Shown in pieces: positions 38,472 to 51,619 of a DNA stretch of 64,000 nucleotides. This DNA comes from Octopus sinensis. Its lineage: Eukaryota. Position numbers and translations under genes: made by a program. The DNA lies in contig NW_021834221.1 of assembly GCF_006345805.1 (NCBI RefSeq), positions 1 to 64,000 of the forward strand, read 5' to 3'. The notes below the pieces were generated by a model that had not been told where the DNA came from, ran no database searches, and worked only from the letters and a program-made list of their open reading frames with translations. Position 1 is the first letter of the stretch; every line of letters starts with the position of its first letter.

Positions 38472-38561
38472 ATATATATATATGTATATATATAAATATT
38501 TAAAGATGAATCGATAAAAAAATTCTCCATATCAAAGATAAATATCTTTGAATTATATATG

Positions 38562-38616
<55 letters not shown>

Positions 38617-39059
38617 TATATATATATAATATATATATATGTACGTATATGTATATATATATATCTATGTACGTATGTATATATATATACTTCCATACCC
38701 ATAACAGACACAACTTTGTGTGGAACACGCTGGTACAATTCTATGGTTGCGGTGCGTAAAATCGGTAGTGTTCTGACCTTTCTTGGTTCGCTGCAGGCCT
38801 GCTTCTCAGTTACCCGAATCTGTCTTCTTACACTTCCATTGCTCAGCCATTGAACTCTTTCTTTGAAACTATAGAAATTTTAGATCAAATATATTAAAAC
38901 ATCAGTCATATGTATGAATTCATAAGCAACCGTGTGATGGCATAAATGTCTTTATTCATCGAACACAAGTCTATGTTCGCATTGTGTTAATAGAGAAGAC
39001 TTTATGAAAAGAATTTTTTGGCGCAGCTTGAGCAGAAGTGTGTGAAAGACATTACATTC

Positions 39060-39111
<52 letters not shown>

Positions 39112-39171
39112 GTACGTATGTATGTATGTGTGTATGTATATATGCATGTATATGTATGAATGGATTATATA

Positions 39172-39523
39172 CAGTGATACTTCGCAGTACGAGTTGAATT
39201 CGTTCCATGATCGAACTCGTCTTACGATTTACTGGTTTTGCAAGTCAATTTTTTCCATTGAAATTTACTAAAATATAATTAAACCGTTCCAGCGCCATAG
39301 TATCACTCAAGAATAATAATTTTTTATAGGTTGTAAAATAGAAAAAGTTGTAGTTACAAGTAAAATGACAATTATTAAGAGAGACTGCGACAGAAATGTG
39401 TAAACTGGTCTTATTAACTGAATTACCTTAAAGATGGGCCGATTTGTGTGTTCGTACTGCGGATGTTGGCTCGTACAGCAAATTACTCGTAAAATGATAC
39501 TCTCGTACTGCGAGGTTTTACTA
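39172..39523. mobile_element. Tigger/pogo-like MITE
   Basis: TIRs CAGTGATACTTCGCAGTACGAG and CTCGTACTGCGAGGTTTTACTA, TA flanks, and subterminal CTCGTA repeats. Confidence 0.75.
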
Positions 39524-39529
39524 TATATA

Positions 39530-39845
39530 GAGAGAATTTACAAAAAAAAAGCACGAAGGCGGGTGTGTAAACAACAAACAGATCGATTAGTTTAATGCTC
39601 GGGAAGTGAGAAAGTCTTTTACGTTTCGAGCCTATGCTCTTCAACGGAACGAACACAGAAATAAACAGGGAGAGAAAATAGAAAAAGGTTTCTATCATGG
39701 CGAATGCTGGACAGAGGGGTCACACAGGAGAGCTAGGAAGAAGGGGAGATAAGAAAGAAGTGGTGATCCAAAAACGAAGGTGCGCTTGCGTATGTATGTG
39801 AGAGCGTGTATGTGCGTGTGGAAGGGGGCTGGTGACTTTGACCTG
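39530..39845 (-). mobile_element. PLE-like terminal cassette with a decayed hammerhead (about 39616-39650)
   Basis: Minus strand reads CCGTTGA-A-GAGC(ATAG)GCTC-GAAAC-GTA-AAAG. Stem II, GAAA and the ACGT stem III are intact; the first core box is mutated. Confidence 0.5.
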
Positions 39846-39848
39846 TGC

Positions 39849-40172
39849 GGGACTTATTCTTTTGTAAGCCCAGTACTTATTCTATCGGTCTTTTTTGCCG
39901 AACCGCTAAGTAACGGGGACATAAACACACCAGCATCGGTTGTCAAGCAATGCTAGGGGGACAAACACAGACACACAAGCACACACACGCGTATATATAT
40001 ATACATATATACGACGGGGTTCTTTCAGTTTCCGTCTACCAAATCCACTCTCAAGGCTTTGGTCGGCCCGAAGCTATAGTAGAAGACACTTGCCCAAGAT
40101 GCCACGCAGTAGGACTGAACCCAGAACCATGTGGTTGGTAAACAAGCTACTTACCACACAGCCACCCCTGCG

Positions 40173-40175
<3 letters not shown>
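39849..40175 (-). mobile_element. SINE A lacking its 3' tail
   Basis: Matches the SINE A consensus. Confidence 0.85.
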
Positions 40176-40221
<46 letters not shown>

Positions 40222-40324
40222 TGCATACATATGTGTGTATCCAAGCCGTATGTATATGTGTGCATGTTGAAGAAGAGAGCTCTTAGATTCCCTGGATATG
40301 CTTATAGTCACTAATCTATCATAT

Positions 40325-40561
40325 ACTCTTACTTTTTACTCTTTTATTTGTTTCAATCATTTCACTGCGGCCATGCTGGAGCATTACCTTTAGTCGAACA
40401 AATCGACCCCAGGACTTATTCTCTGTAAGCCTAGTATTTATTCTATCGGTCTCTTTTGCTGAACCGCTAAGTTACGGGGACGGAAACACACCAGCATCGG
40501 TTGTCATGTGATGTTGGGGGGGGGGACAAACACAGACACACAAACATATATACACACGTAC

Positions 40562-40592
<31 letters not shown>

Positions 40593-40645
40593 CGACGGGC
40601 TTCTTTTCAGTTTCCGTTAACCGAATCCACTCACAAGGCATTGGT
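40325..40645 (-). mobile_element. SINE A, 5'-truncated
   Basis: Matches the SINE A consensus. Confidence 0.85.
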
Positions 40646-40693
40646 CTGTCCTTATTCCCGTGGCAGTTCAAGAATTGCTGTTTCGTAACAAAT

Positions 40694-41081
40694 GGACGGA
40701 AGCACTCCGTCGTTTACGACGACGAGGGTTCCGATTGATCCGATCAACGGAACAGCCTGCTCATGAAATTAACGTGTAAGTGGCTGAGCACTCCACAGAC
40801 ACGTGTACCCTTAACATAGTTCTCGGAGATATTCAGCGTGACACAGAGAGTGACAAGGCCGGCCCCTTTGAAATACAGGTACAACAGAAACAGGAAGTAA
40901 GAGTGAGAGAAAGTTGTGGTGAAAGAGTACAGCAGGGATCACCACCATACCCTGCCGGAGCCTCGTGGAGCTTTTTAGAGGTTTTTGTTCAGTAAACACT
41001 CTCAACGCCCGGTCTGGGAATCGAAACCGCGATCCTCTGACCGCGAGTCCGCTGCCCTAACCACTGGGCTATTGCGCTTCC
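40694..41081 (-). mobile_element. SINE family D, full length, with a 13-bp TSD
   Basis: tRNA-like head GGAAGCGCAATAGCCCAGTGGTTAGGGC...GGTTTCGATTCCC. The perfect TSD TTTCGTAACAAAT is at 40681-40693 and 41082-41094. Confidence 0.9.
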
Positions 41082-41790
41082 TTTCGTAACAAATACTCTT
41101 TTGATGAAGCAATTCAAAAACCGAAAGGATTGGTTGTTATGCAGAAAGAAGAAAATGCTTTGAATCATGTATACAAGGTGATAGGAAATATTTTCTCTCA
41201 TTCGAACCATTACTGTCTTTGGTTGTAATTCTTATTTTGTTGCTCACATACCATACATTTGGCACGTTTTTTTTTTAACTTACCATTCCCAAATTATTGT
41301 GCTGTACTAAAGACAGCCTGAGTAAAATTCGAGTTCGTGCGGTCAAGTCTTACATAAGAATCATATACATTTTGTCAAAGCCGGAACACAATTTCTGTCA
41401 CGCTTGACAAATGAATATTTATGCTGATAGTATCGATTTTTGAATATGAATTCAGACGCCCGATATATACTTTTGGTTCATTTCAGTTCATTGCTGCTAA
41501 ATAACGCAATATGATTCTCGCTTATAATAAATGACTTTTACAAATAGAAACGTGAGTACATATTTGGAGAAGAAGGCGACTCTTTCACCTGCATTATCTC
41601 TTAATTAATCAATTCTGTTTACGATTTCTCGAACATCCACGAGCAGCTGTCTTTTATTGTTGAATTAGAAAGTATTATACAACAGGTACATGAGGAGAAC
41701 GATTCGACGAGATAATATATTCTCAAATTGCTACTAGTAACAGTATTAAGTTTAAGGTAACGTCATTCAAAAGATAGAACGTCTGTTAAA

Positions 41791-42387
41791 GGCGGCGAGC
41801 TGGCAGAAACGTTAGCACGCCGGGCGAAATACTTTGTGGTATTTCGTCCGTCGCTGCATTCTGAGTTCAAATTCCGCCGAGGTCGACTTTGCCTTTCATC
41901 TTTTCGGAGTCGATAAATCAAGTACTAGTTACGCACTGGGGGTCAATATAATCAACTCAATCCGTTTTTCTGTCCTTGTTTGTCCTCTCTGTGTTTAGCC
42001 CCTTGTGCGTAGTACAGAAATAGGTATTTCGTTTGCCGCTACGTTCTGAGTTCAAATTCCGCCGAGGTCGACTTTGCCTTTCATCCTTTCGAAGTCGATA
42101 AATTAAGTACCAGTTACGTACTGAGGTCAACGTAATCGACTTAAACCGTTTGTCTGTCCTTGTTTGTCTCCTCTGTGTTTAGCCCCTTGTGTGTAGTACA
42201 GAAATAGGTATTTCGTTTGCCGCTACGTTCTGAGTTCAAATTCCGCCGGGGTCGACTTTGCTTTTCATCTTTTCTGGGTCGATAATCAAGTACCAGTTAC
42301 GCACTGAGGTCGATGTAATCGATTTAAACCGTTTGTCCATCCTTGTTTGTCCTCTGTGTTTAGACCCCAGTGGGCAATAAAGAAATA
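41791..42387 (+). mobile_element. SINE B trimer flanked by a single TSD
   Basis: Three ~180-bp units. AGAAC(G/A)TCTGTTAAAG occurs at 41776-41791 and 42388-42403. Confidence 0.9.
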
Positions 42388-43094
42388 AGAACATCTGTTA
42401 AAGTGTTATTACCTACATGTTCTGGATCTATACGTTTTGTGTTCAAATCCAGCCGAGATCAACTTCGTTTTTTATACTTCGAATGTCAAAAATTAAATCG
42501 CAGGCACGTCTGGTGTTGATCTGAACACCTGTCTCCTCACGCAAAACTTCTGATTTTGTGATCACCTAAGATTATCATACATATCATATATTCTCGTATA
42601 CGCTATATCATATATTCTTGTATATATAATATATTATATATTTTTGTATATATTTCTATTCTTGTATAAACTAGAGTGTCTGTACCTGTCATTTGATTAA
42701 AAACGTTCGGTGTATACTTTTGCCATCGTGTCAGGAAATATGACGTACAGGAATTATAAATTATCTTTTATCAATTTTCTTACTGCTTCTACAAAATGAT
42801 GAAATGAATATTAATTTTCAAATAAAAATATTTGCTACCTTAAAATGAGGTAAAATGAGTCCAGATTTACTGAGGCAGGGTCTTGCACAGACGTTTCATG
42901 TCAGAATCAAAGGAAGACCCTTCCCTTCTGGAATTGTAACAGCGATGCATGCATGCATGCATACATACATACATACATGCATACATACATACATACATGC
43001 ATACATACATGCATGCATACATGCATACATACATACATACATACATACATACATACATACATACATACATACATACTACATACATACATACATA

Positions 43095-43346
43095 CAGGGT
43101 GCGGCAGAATGGTTGCCTCGATTTCAAAGGTTAATAAAATACAAACACATAAAGATACCAGAAAATTCTTTGCATTTCTTACAAATGAACGATACTCTCG
43201 ACTCCAGACGATGATAGGCAATACCTGAAACGGAAAGAAAATGGCATTGAATAAACTTCATAGAAATACAAATGTTTTCCATGCATCTTCATGTTTTCGT
43301 TTCTTATTAACCGTTGAAATCGAGGCAACCTTTCTGCGGCACCTTG
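43095..43346. mobile_element. Tc1/mariner-type MITE
   Basis: TIRs of about 43 bp (CAGGGTGCGGCAGAATGGTTGCCTCGATTTCAA... and ...TTGAAATCGAGGCAACCTTTCTGCGGCACCTTG) with TA on both sides. Confidence 0.85.
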
Positions 43347-43390
43347 TACACACACACACACACACACACACACACCACACACACACACAC

Positions 43391-43449
<59 letters not shown>

Positions 43450-43519
43450 CTTATTCTCAAATTTGTTGGCCATATAGCGGTACGTAAGCCGACTCAGAAA
43501 ATATCTAGTGAGTCTTGTT

Positions 43520-43572
43520 ATTGATGTACCTGAAGAGACCCAGAACGGGTCGAAACATGTGCCTTACCCAAT
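43520..43572 (+). ncRNA. Hammerhead motif with an aberrant cleavage-site region
   Basis: CTGAAGA-GACCC(AGAAC)GGGTC-GAA-ACATGT-G. The core and stem II are perfect and stem III is palindromic, but position 17 is G. A residual stem I is visible (GTA/TAC, ATTG/CAAT). Confidence 0.55.
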
Positions 43573-44063
43573 AGAATATTACTCATTCCATCTATTTTAT
43601 TACTATGTTTATCCCAACAGCCACTACGAAGTTTCCGCAATAAATCTACGGATAACAACAGATAATCAAAACTATGCAGGTGATTTACTCATCATCTATA
43701 TATACATTTTGTATAATTCCTCCATTATATATACATACATACATGCATTTATATATATACACGCACGCACATATATATATATATATATATTGCTGTGTTT
43801 AGGGCGAGTCATCATACCAATATAGATAACACACGCACTGGTTCAATTCTTCAATTTCATATATCCAACTGACTAATAGATTGTTTAATTTGTTTTGCTT
43901 TTGCTTGTCAAAGTACTTTCGTTGCTACTTGCAACCTTTTCAGGGACTATTCATGTAGTCCGTTATAGAGGCCACTTTTTCGTGCTTGAGATCTTGTTGC
44001 GAGCGTGTTATACACACACACACAACACACACACACACACACACACAACACACACACACACAT

Positions 44064-44106
<43 letters not shown>

Positions 44107-44109
<3 letters not shown>

Positions 44110-44515
44110 ACATGCGACAAAAATGGATTTTATACAACAGGTGACGGCGACGTATCCTGTGATTCGGTCGAGGTGACTCACCAAAAGAGTTTCACAAACC
44201 GAAGCTACGTCAGAAGAAACTTCCAATTATTGTTGCTTGTGTATTGGTAGTGGAATCGTCGACAACGATTTGTTGAATGGGGTCGATGCCATCACATGGG
44301 GATGTATTGCATGGAAATCGGCAAAATTATCCAAGAACAACAGCGAACTCATTTCACATTAGTAAATCCTTCAGAACCGACTCCTCAGCACCCCAAAACA
44401 CATTCCCTCTGACCACTTACGCTACAAAACTTTATCCTCATCAGCTTACTTCTCCCTAGATTTTTCACCCAATGACGATAATTTTTATCAGCCCGTCTTC
44501 GATAACATCCAACAA
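44107..44515 (+). pseudogene. Decayed mariner (DD34D-type) transposase
   Basis: Across frameshifts it reads VTCD.KWILYN, KPKLRQKK, YCMEIGK and LYPHQ..SLDFSPND, resembling VT.DEKW.LY, KPKLH.KK and PYSPDLSP.D. Confidence 0.7.
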
Positions 44516-46107
44516 AGTGATACCTTGGTAGGAGGCTCAGTGCCTCAACTTGTAAGGACAATTGCGTCCATTCCTTGAACTTTGGTAAGCGGTTCAATAC
44601 CTCATTTTGTGTTATCGAGAAGAAGAGAACAATGTTTTAGGGAAGTAACAATCGGCGGGTGGGGGGCTTGTCTGCTTCCCCCACCAACAATCTTTTCTAT
44701 TTTTTCATTCCATTATCATTTGTGTCTTTGTTCAGCCCGCAACCACATCTTTGTAAGTTAGTATGACCAATTTATGAAATAAAGTGATACCTTCAGCAGT
44801 CAAAGAATAATTCTAAATGCCATAGAAGGATTTATAGTTTCTAAGATACCGAAATTTTATGGTAACAGAATAAATATGCTAGCGTCGTGTTAGCAAATTT
44901 CACATGAGGTCTGCAATAGTTATTATTTCGATGAATACAATTTATTCACTGCTAATGTATACTGCTTTAACGCCGATGCTTAAAAACAGCAATTATTTCT
45001 GTAACAACCAGGTGTTTTCAGTCACCAATCGTTATTAGCAACCTATCCAAGCTTATAGAGTTGCTGTGGATTATACCACGAGTACCAATTATAAATTGAA
45101 TGCTAGACACATGTTTTAATTGCTAGGGCAGTTTTATATCCACAGCACAATCGATGTCTTTTCACAGCTTTTCAGCTCGATCTTACTCGACATTATAATT
45201 ACTTGATATTGCCATATTGATAATTAACATGCCATTGTCATTCTGCCGTGGAATATAATAACCGGTTTGTAACATGGTATCCGTGTGTTGCAGCTCCAAA
45301 TATCTTTATCCGGGAAAATCTGAAACTTGGAGTAACCTGAGCAGAAATCCATGTTTAACGAACTTGTTAAGAGGAAGATGAGATGAACAGTAATAAAATA
45401 CGGACAGTGATTGGGATGGAACTGGTAAGGAACTGGCATTGGGATGCATTTGTCAGAAGAGTGAGATAATTGCTAATTTGGTAGAAGCTGTTACAAAAAT
45501 TTCAAAGCCAGAAGGAAGAGAATGTTGCTTGGCTATTACTTTGACGCTAAACACGAAGACTGCGTTTTTCGATGTTTTACTGAGGCGTGTAGGCTATAGA
45601 GTCTTTCGTTTGTTCTTCGAGACTTGTTGCATGTCGTGGTAACTAAGATGTTATGCAGTATTTGACAGGATCGCAGACTGCGTTCATGGGATATCCGTTT
45701 TCAAGTTGAAATGAGAGATATTTGGAAATCCCTCGTGAAAAACGAAGGATGAGAAGAGGTGCTCTTTGATGCTACTTCTGGAAGCAGAGTATTGTGAAAA
45801 TCTGATTTTCGGTTCAGAAATAGTAAGCGATTGTGCGAGGGCGAAGGGGATGTCTTCCGAATAAATAAATTTAACTTAGACGTGTTCTCCCCGTCCTTTA
45901 CAGATGCCTATCAGAAGTTTCAAATACTATTGTGAACGTTTTCTGTTATCCGCTCGGTTTGTCCTCAATATTCACGTTGTAGCTAATGCATATTTCCTTT
46001 CATGAACCCTTGTTGCAAAAGCCAGAGGCTTTGAGAAGCGTCAGACCACTGACGGACGACAAGAGACTTGTGCCTCCATTTCACATTCATATGTTTGCAG
46101 ATATATA

Positions 46108-46339
46108 TATTTCTTTACTACCCACAAGGGGCTAAACACAGAGGGGACAAACAAGGACAGACAAACGGATTAAGTCGACTACATCGACCCCAGTGCGTAA
46201 CTGGTACTTAATTTATCGACCCCGAAACGATGAAAGGCAAAGTCGACCTCGGCGGAATTTGAACTCGGAACGTAACGACAGACGAAATACGGCTACGAAT
46301 TTCGCCCGGCGTGCTAACGTTTCTACCAGCTCACCGCCT
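46108..46339 (-). mobile_element. SINE B monomer
   Basis: Matches the consensus and is flanked by ATATATAT. Confidence 0.9.
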
Positions 46340-46751
46340 TATATATATGTTTAGTCTTGCTCTGAAATTTGAACCTTTAAAGGCACAAAAGAAATTTTGG
46401 TAGAGAGAAAGAAAGACTGAACCGAGGTGCAGGCGAGTCACTTCGTATTTCAGCTTCATCAGATGCACTTACTTTCTTGTCCCAAACGACGAAAGATTGC
46501 GGCGAACACCTACGTATCATATGGGCAACATTTTAAACTACGAAGCAGAATTCATGCACAATAATGCAAGATTTCCAGCCAGTCCCTCATTACTAGAGCA
46601 CCAAGATAATGTGGATTATAAATGAAAAAGCATTCTTCAGTGAAGCGATTTCTTTCCACCTGAGTGGGAATCGAAACCTGGTCACTGAATTTGTTTCAAT
46701 GGCTATGTGATAAATATTCATTCTTCAGAGTATAAAACAATTTTATTTATT

Positions 46752-46850
46752 CGGAGTGGCTGTGTGATAAATAGCTTGCTTACCAACCACATGGTTCCGG
46801 GTTCAGTCCCACTGCGTGGCACCTTGGGCAAATTTCTTCTACTATAACCT
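46752..46850 (+). mobile_element. SINE A 5' fragment
   Basis: Head region only. Confidence 0.8.
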
Positions 46851-47750
46851 CATCATAAATAATTTCAGAGCCTTGTTCTGTTGAATTCAATTTCACCTGC
46901 AGATAAACCTATAAGCAGCGAATAAGTGACATATCCATTAGTAGAACTTGACCTTCATATATATTTTTCCCCTTTAATCTCATTTGATTAACCCTTAGAA
47001 TTATTCGGATTTTCAAAGCAGAACTTGATTAAATTGCTTTTCCAACAATCCATTTGCAAAACAGAGTAAGGAAATCTATTCGCCACTTTCAAGCACGGCA
47101 CGAGATTGTATGATAGTCATGCCTTTCTCAAAGTCATAATTGACTAAAGCAAAATGGGTTGACTCGTTTTACGGGAGGAAAGAATCGATACATATTTCGT
47201 GAACTCACCTTATCGATAGTTTATCTCTTGCTCAACATCACTTGCAGCACGTCAGTTTAAGATTTAATCACATTACCATTTAAATTTTATTTTCGTAATT
47301 AAGACACATACTGACGAGAAGCAAAGTAAAAATCGATTACGCTTAAACTCACTAAATGCATTTTTATTTCTGAAAATAAATGGACCGGACGACCCAACCA
47401 TGTTCTTCTGTGGAAGGCAAACAACAAAATCATAGAAGCATACAAATACGTAACAAAAAAAATAGATGAAAATATTTAGAAATGATCTCTACTTTCACTT
47501 TCGTTTTTGAACTTGCTTTAATCTAATCACTTGCCTGAGTTTAGTAGTAATTTAAATATTACCGAAAGATAATATCATGTTTGCGTTTACGTCACTCATA
47601 GGACATTAGAAATCTTAACCCCTCTCCCCTTCCGCTCTTTCATCTTCCACTCTAACCATATATGTATGTGTGCGTGTTTGGTGTGTGTGTGTGTATGTAT
47701 ATCTATCTATCTATCCATCTATCTATCTAAAAATGTATATATATACGTAC

Positions 47751-47783
<33 letters not shown>

Positions 47784-48011
47784 TATATACATATATATAT
47801 GCATATATATATATATACATATCTATATATATATATCGATACATATGTTACGTTCTCTTTTCTTCACTATCTCTATTTCTCTCATTCTCAATCGATCGCT
47901 TCTCATCTCTCATTTCTCCTTTTCTTTCTCACTCTCTTTCTTTCTCTTACTCTCTCTCTCCTCTCTCGCTCTCTCCTCTCCTCTTTCTCCCTGTCTTTCT
48001 ATCTTTATCTC

Positions 48012-48056
<45 letters not shown>

Positions 48057-48455
48057 CTGCGTGTGTGTGTGTGTGTTATACACGTGTGTATATATGTATG
48101 AGACCATGTATTTCTGTTTTTCGTTCTTTGATGTTCGTTTCTTTATCAATCCATCGCCATTAGCTTCTTTATATGCCAAACCATACATACATACATACAT
48201 ACGTGCACACACACATACATGTGCGTGTGTCTCTGTCTGTGTCAGTTTGTGTGTGTTTATATATGATTGTGCTAGTGTATCTGTTGATTTCTTTCGTTAC
48301 CTGGTTGAATGGTTTGGTTTGATCTTTGGTTGATTAGCTGGTTGGTTTGTTGGTTGGTAGGTTTGGTGGTCGACGAGTGAGCTGGCTTGTCATAAGCCGT
48401 TTTGTTTTGTTTCATATTTTGATTAACATTCTCGAATAATTTCTTCGCTGGTATC

Positions 48456-48514
<59 letters not shown>

Positions 48515-48665
48515 TATTAATAATATTATTCTTGTTGTTGCTTTTATTGCTTGCGTTTTTGATCCCTCGGCTGAAATTGTGATCAAATAAGGTCATACCT
48601 TGCAACAAGACGTACAAAAACAACAACACCAAGAACAAAAATATCAATATAAAATAATAAAAAAT

Positions 48666-49345
48666 AGGCGCAGGAGTGGCTATAGGCGCAGGAGTGGCTG
48701 TGTGGTAAGTAGCTTGCTTACCAATCACATGGTTCCGAGTTCAGTCCCACTGCGTGGCACCTTGGGCAAGTGTCTTCTGCTATAGCCCCGGGCCGACCAA
48801 TGCCTTGTGAGTGGATTTGAAACTGAAAGAAGCCTGTCGTATATATGTATATTATATATATAAGTGTGTGTGTATATGTTTGTGTGTCTGTGTTTGTCCC
48901 CCTAGCATTGCTTGACAACCGATGCTGGTGTGTTTACGTCCCCGTCACTTAGCGGTTCGGCAAAAGAGACCGATAGAATAAGTACTGGGCTTACAAAAAG
49001 AATAAGTCCCGGGGTCGATTTGCTTGACTAAAGGCGGTGCTCCAGCATGGCCGCAGTCAAATTACTGAAACAAGTAAAAGAGAAAAGAGACCGATAGAAT
49101 AAGTACTGGGCTTACAAAGAATAAGTCCCGGGGTCGATTTGCTTGACTAAAAGGCGGTGCTCCAGCATGGCCGCAGTCAAATTACTGAAACAAGTAAAAG
49201 AGAAAAGAGACCGATAGAATAAGTACTGGGCTTACAAAGAATAAGTCCCGGGGTCGATTTGCTTGACTAAAAAAAGGCGGTGCTCCAGCATGGCCGCAGT
49301 CAAATTACTGAAACAAGTAAAAGAGTAAAAAAAAAAAGAAGAGAG
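48666..49345 (+). mobile_element. SINE A with a duplicated 5' end and a triplicated 3' segment of about 120 bp
   Basis: TAGGCGCAGGAGTGGC occurs twice; GAGACCGATAGAAT...GAAACAAGTAAAAG occurs three times. Confidence 0.9.
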
Positions 49346-49585
49346 TAACAACTACAGCAATAATAATAATGCTTTCTACTAAAAGCAGAAGGCCTGCAAT
49401 TTTGGAGGATTTGGGCCTAGTCGACGATATCACTGGTACTTAATCCATCGACCCCGAAACGATAAAAGGATGTAAGGTAAAGTCGACCTCGGTGGCATTT
49501 GGACCCAGAGCGCGTAGACAGAAGAAATTACCGCTAAGCGTTTTTTTTTTCTGGCGCAGAAACGATTCTAGCAGCTTACCGCCTT

Positions 49586-49646
49586 AATAATAATAATAAT
49601 AATGATAATAATAATAATGATAATAATAATAATGATAATAATAATG

Positions 49647-49692
<46 letters not shown>

Positions 49693-49718
49693 TAATAATA
49701 ATGATGATGATGATGATG

Positions 49719-49761
<43 letters not shown>

Positions 49762-49781
49762 TAATAATGATAATAATAATG

Positions 49782-49815
<34 letters not shown>

Positions 49816-49938
49816 TGATAATAATGATAATAAAATAATGATAATAATAATATAATAATATAAAATAATAATGATAATAATGATAATATTAATGATAATA
49901 ATAATAATAATAATAATAATGATAATAATAAAATAATG

Positions 49939-50006
<68 letters not shown>

Positions 50007-50020
50007 CACAGTAATAATAA
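49586..50020. repeat. (TAA/TGA)n tract
   Basis: Seen directly. Confidence 0.95.
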
Positions 50021-50039
50021 TAGTTATTGACCGATGTGG

Positions 50040-50545
50040 GCAATGATGGAAGTAACTGCCAAGCCAGTAGTTGTTGAGCCACTGTGAGCATTAACGGACT
50101 GATTTGAGAAATATATTGGAGAATCTGGAACTGATATCAGGGTGTATCATTCTCACCAAAAAAAATTGCTCTATTGACGATAGAAAGGATTTTGAGAGGA
50201 GTACGTGGACATTAAGTATCGTGAGAGAACACTTCGTGAGATTCTTAAGGGCTGGATGTTGTCCGATGTTACGTGATTAGACCAGCAAAGGAATTGAAGA
50301 ACTTCGAGAAGTGAAATGGAAATGCTGATAGTAATATCCCTTTAAAAATACAATCCTTTCAAGTTCCAAATAAGAAGAATTTGGAGCCTGCGGACAGTAA
50401 AGATCATGCTTGTAGTAAGTGGTGCGTTGGGAACAGTAAGCAAAGTTATAGCCAAAAGGCTTGAAGGAGATTGAAATAGAATGCCCGGCAGAGCTTCTAT
50501 AGAAAATTTATCCATTAAGAAGAGAACGATGTGGCCACATATGTC
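50040..50545 (+). pseudogene. Two decayed R4/Dong-like RLE C-terminal fragments between (TAA)n tracts
   Basis: KIALLTIERILRGV near 50162-50203, and KYNPFKFQIRRIWSLRTVKIMLVVSGALGTVSK..ECPAELL*K at 50346-50505. Confidence 0.65.
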
Positions 50546-50578
50546 CACTGGCTGTTGTGCGGTAAAGCAAATCTCTAG

Positions 50579-50579
<1 letters not shown>

Positions 50580-50648
<69 letters not shown>

Positions 50649-50692
50649 TGATGATGATAATAATGATGATGATAATAATGATAATATTAATG

Positions 50693-50732
<40 letters not shown>

Positions 50733-50776
50733 TGATGATGATAATAATGATGATGATAATAATGATAATATTAATG

Positions 50777-50825
<49 letters not shown>

Positions 50826-50875
50826 TGATGATGATGATAATAATGATGATGATAATAATGATAATATTAATGATG

Positions 50876-50911
<36 letters not shown>

Positions 50912-51030
50912 TAATAATAATAATGATGATGATGATAATAATGATGATGATAATAATGATAATATTAATGATAATAATAATAATAATGATGATGATAATA
51001 ATGATGATGATAATAATGATAATATTAATG

Positions 51031-51074
<44 letters not shown>

Positions 51075-51111
51075 TATAATAATAATAATGATAATGATGA
51101 TGATGATAATG

Positions 51112-51172
<61 letters not shown>

Positions 51173-51180
51173 TGATAATA
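50580..51180. repeat. (TAA/TGA)n tract with a higher-order repeat
   Basis: The unit GATGATGATAATAATGATGATGATAATAATGATAATATTAATGAT recurs about 5 times. Confidence 0.9.
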
Positions 51181-51310
51181 AGTGTCTTCTGCTATAGCCC
51201 CGGGCCGACCAATGCCTTGTGAGTGGATTTGGTAGACGGAAACTGAAAGAAGCCTGTCGTATATATGTGTATATATGTATATATATATGTGTGTGTGTGT
51301 GTGTGTTTGT
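51181..51310 (+). mobile_element. SINE A internal fragment
   Basis: Matches the SINE A consensus. Confidence 0.8.
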
Positions 51311-51328
51311 GTTTTAAAAGATCCAATG

Positions 51329-51445
51329 TATGGCCTACCAATGTATACTATGAGTTTCTTTGCCCTAGGAGTCGGGAAGACACTCGGCAAGAAATGGAAG
51401 CAAATTTGAAAGAAGAAAAAACAATGATAATAATAATAATGATAA

Positions 51446-51493
<48 letters not shown>

Positions 51494-51500
51494 TAATAAT
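51329..51500 (+). mobile_element. 3' UTR of the Dong-like element followed by (TAA)n
   Basis: ATGGCCTACCAAT.TA.ACTATGAGTTTCTTTGCCCTAGGAGTCGGGAAGACACTCGGCAAGAAATGGAAG is nearly identical to the reverse complement of 57670-57755. Confidence 0.85.
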
Positions 51501-51619
51501 AATAGGGCCAGCATCTTTTGAATGGAGTAAGTCGATTACGTTAAATCCAATATGACCGATTAAACGAATTAATCGACACACTGCCACGGCTGTTACTCAT
51601 CAAGTTCTAATCATGCAAC

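Noticed and set aside
41005-41081. tRNA gene (also the heads of SINEs A and C)
   Set aside because: A and B boxes are present, but the acceptor and anticodon stems do not pair properly, and each head continues into a SINE body.
46440-46470. Minus-strand CTGATGA-AGCT-GAAA
   Set aside because: No stems I or III, so probably chance. The same applies to CTGACGA near 37226.
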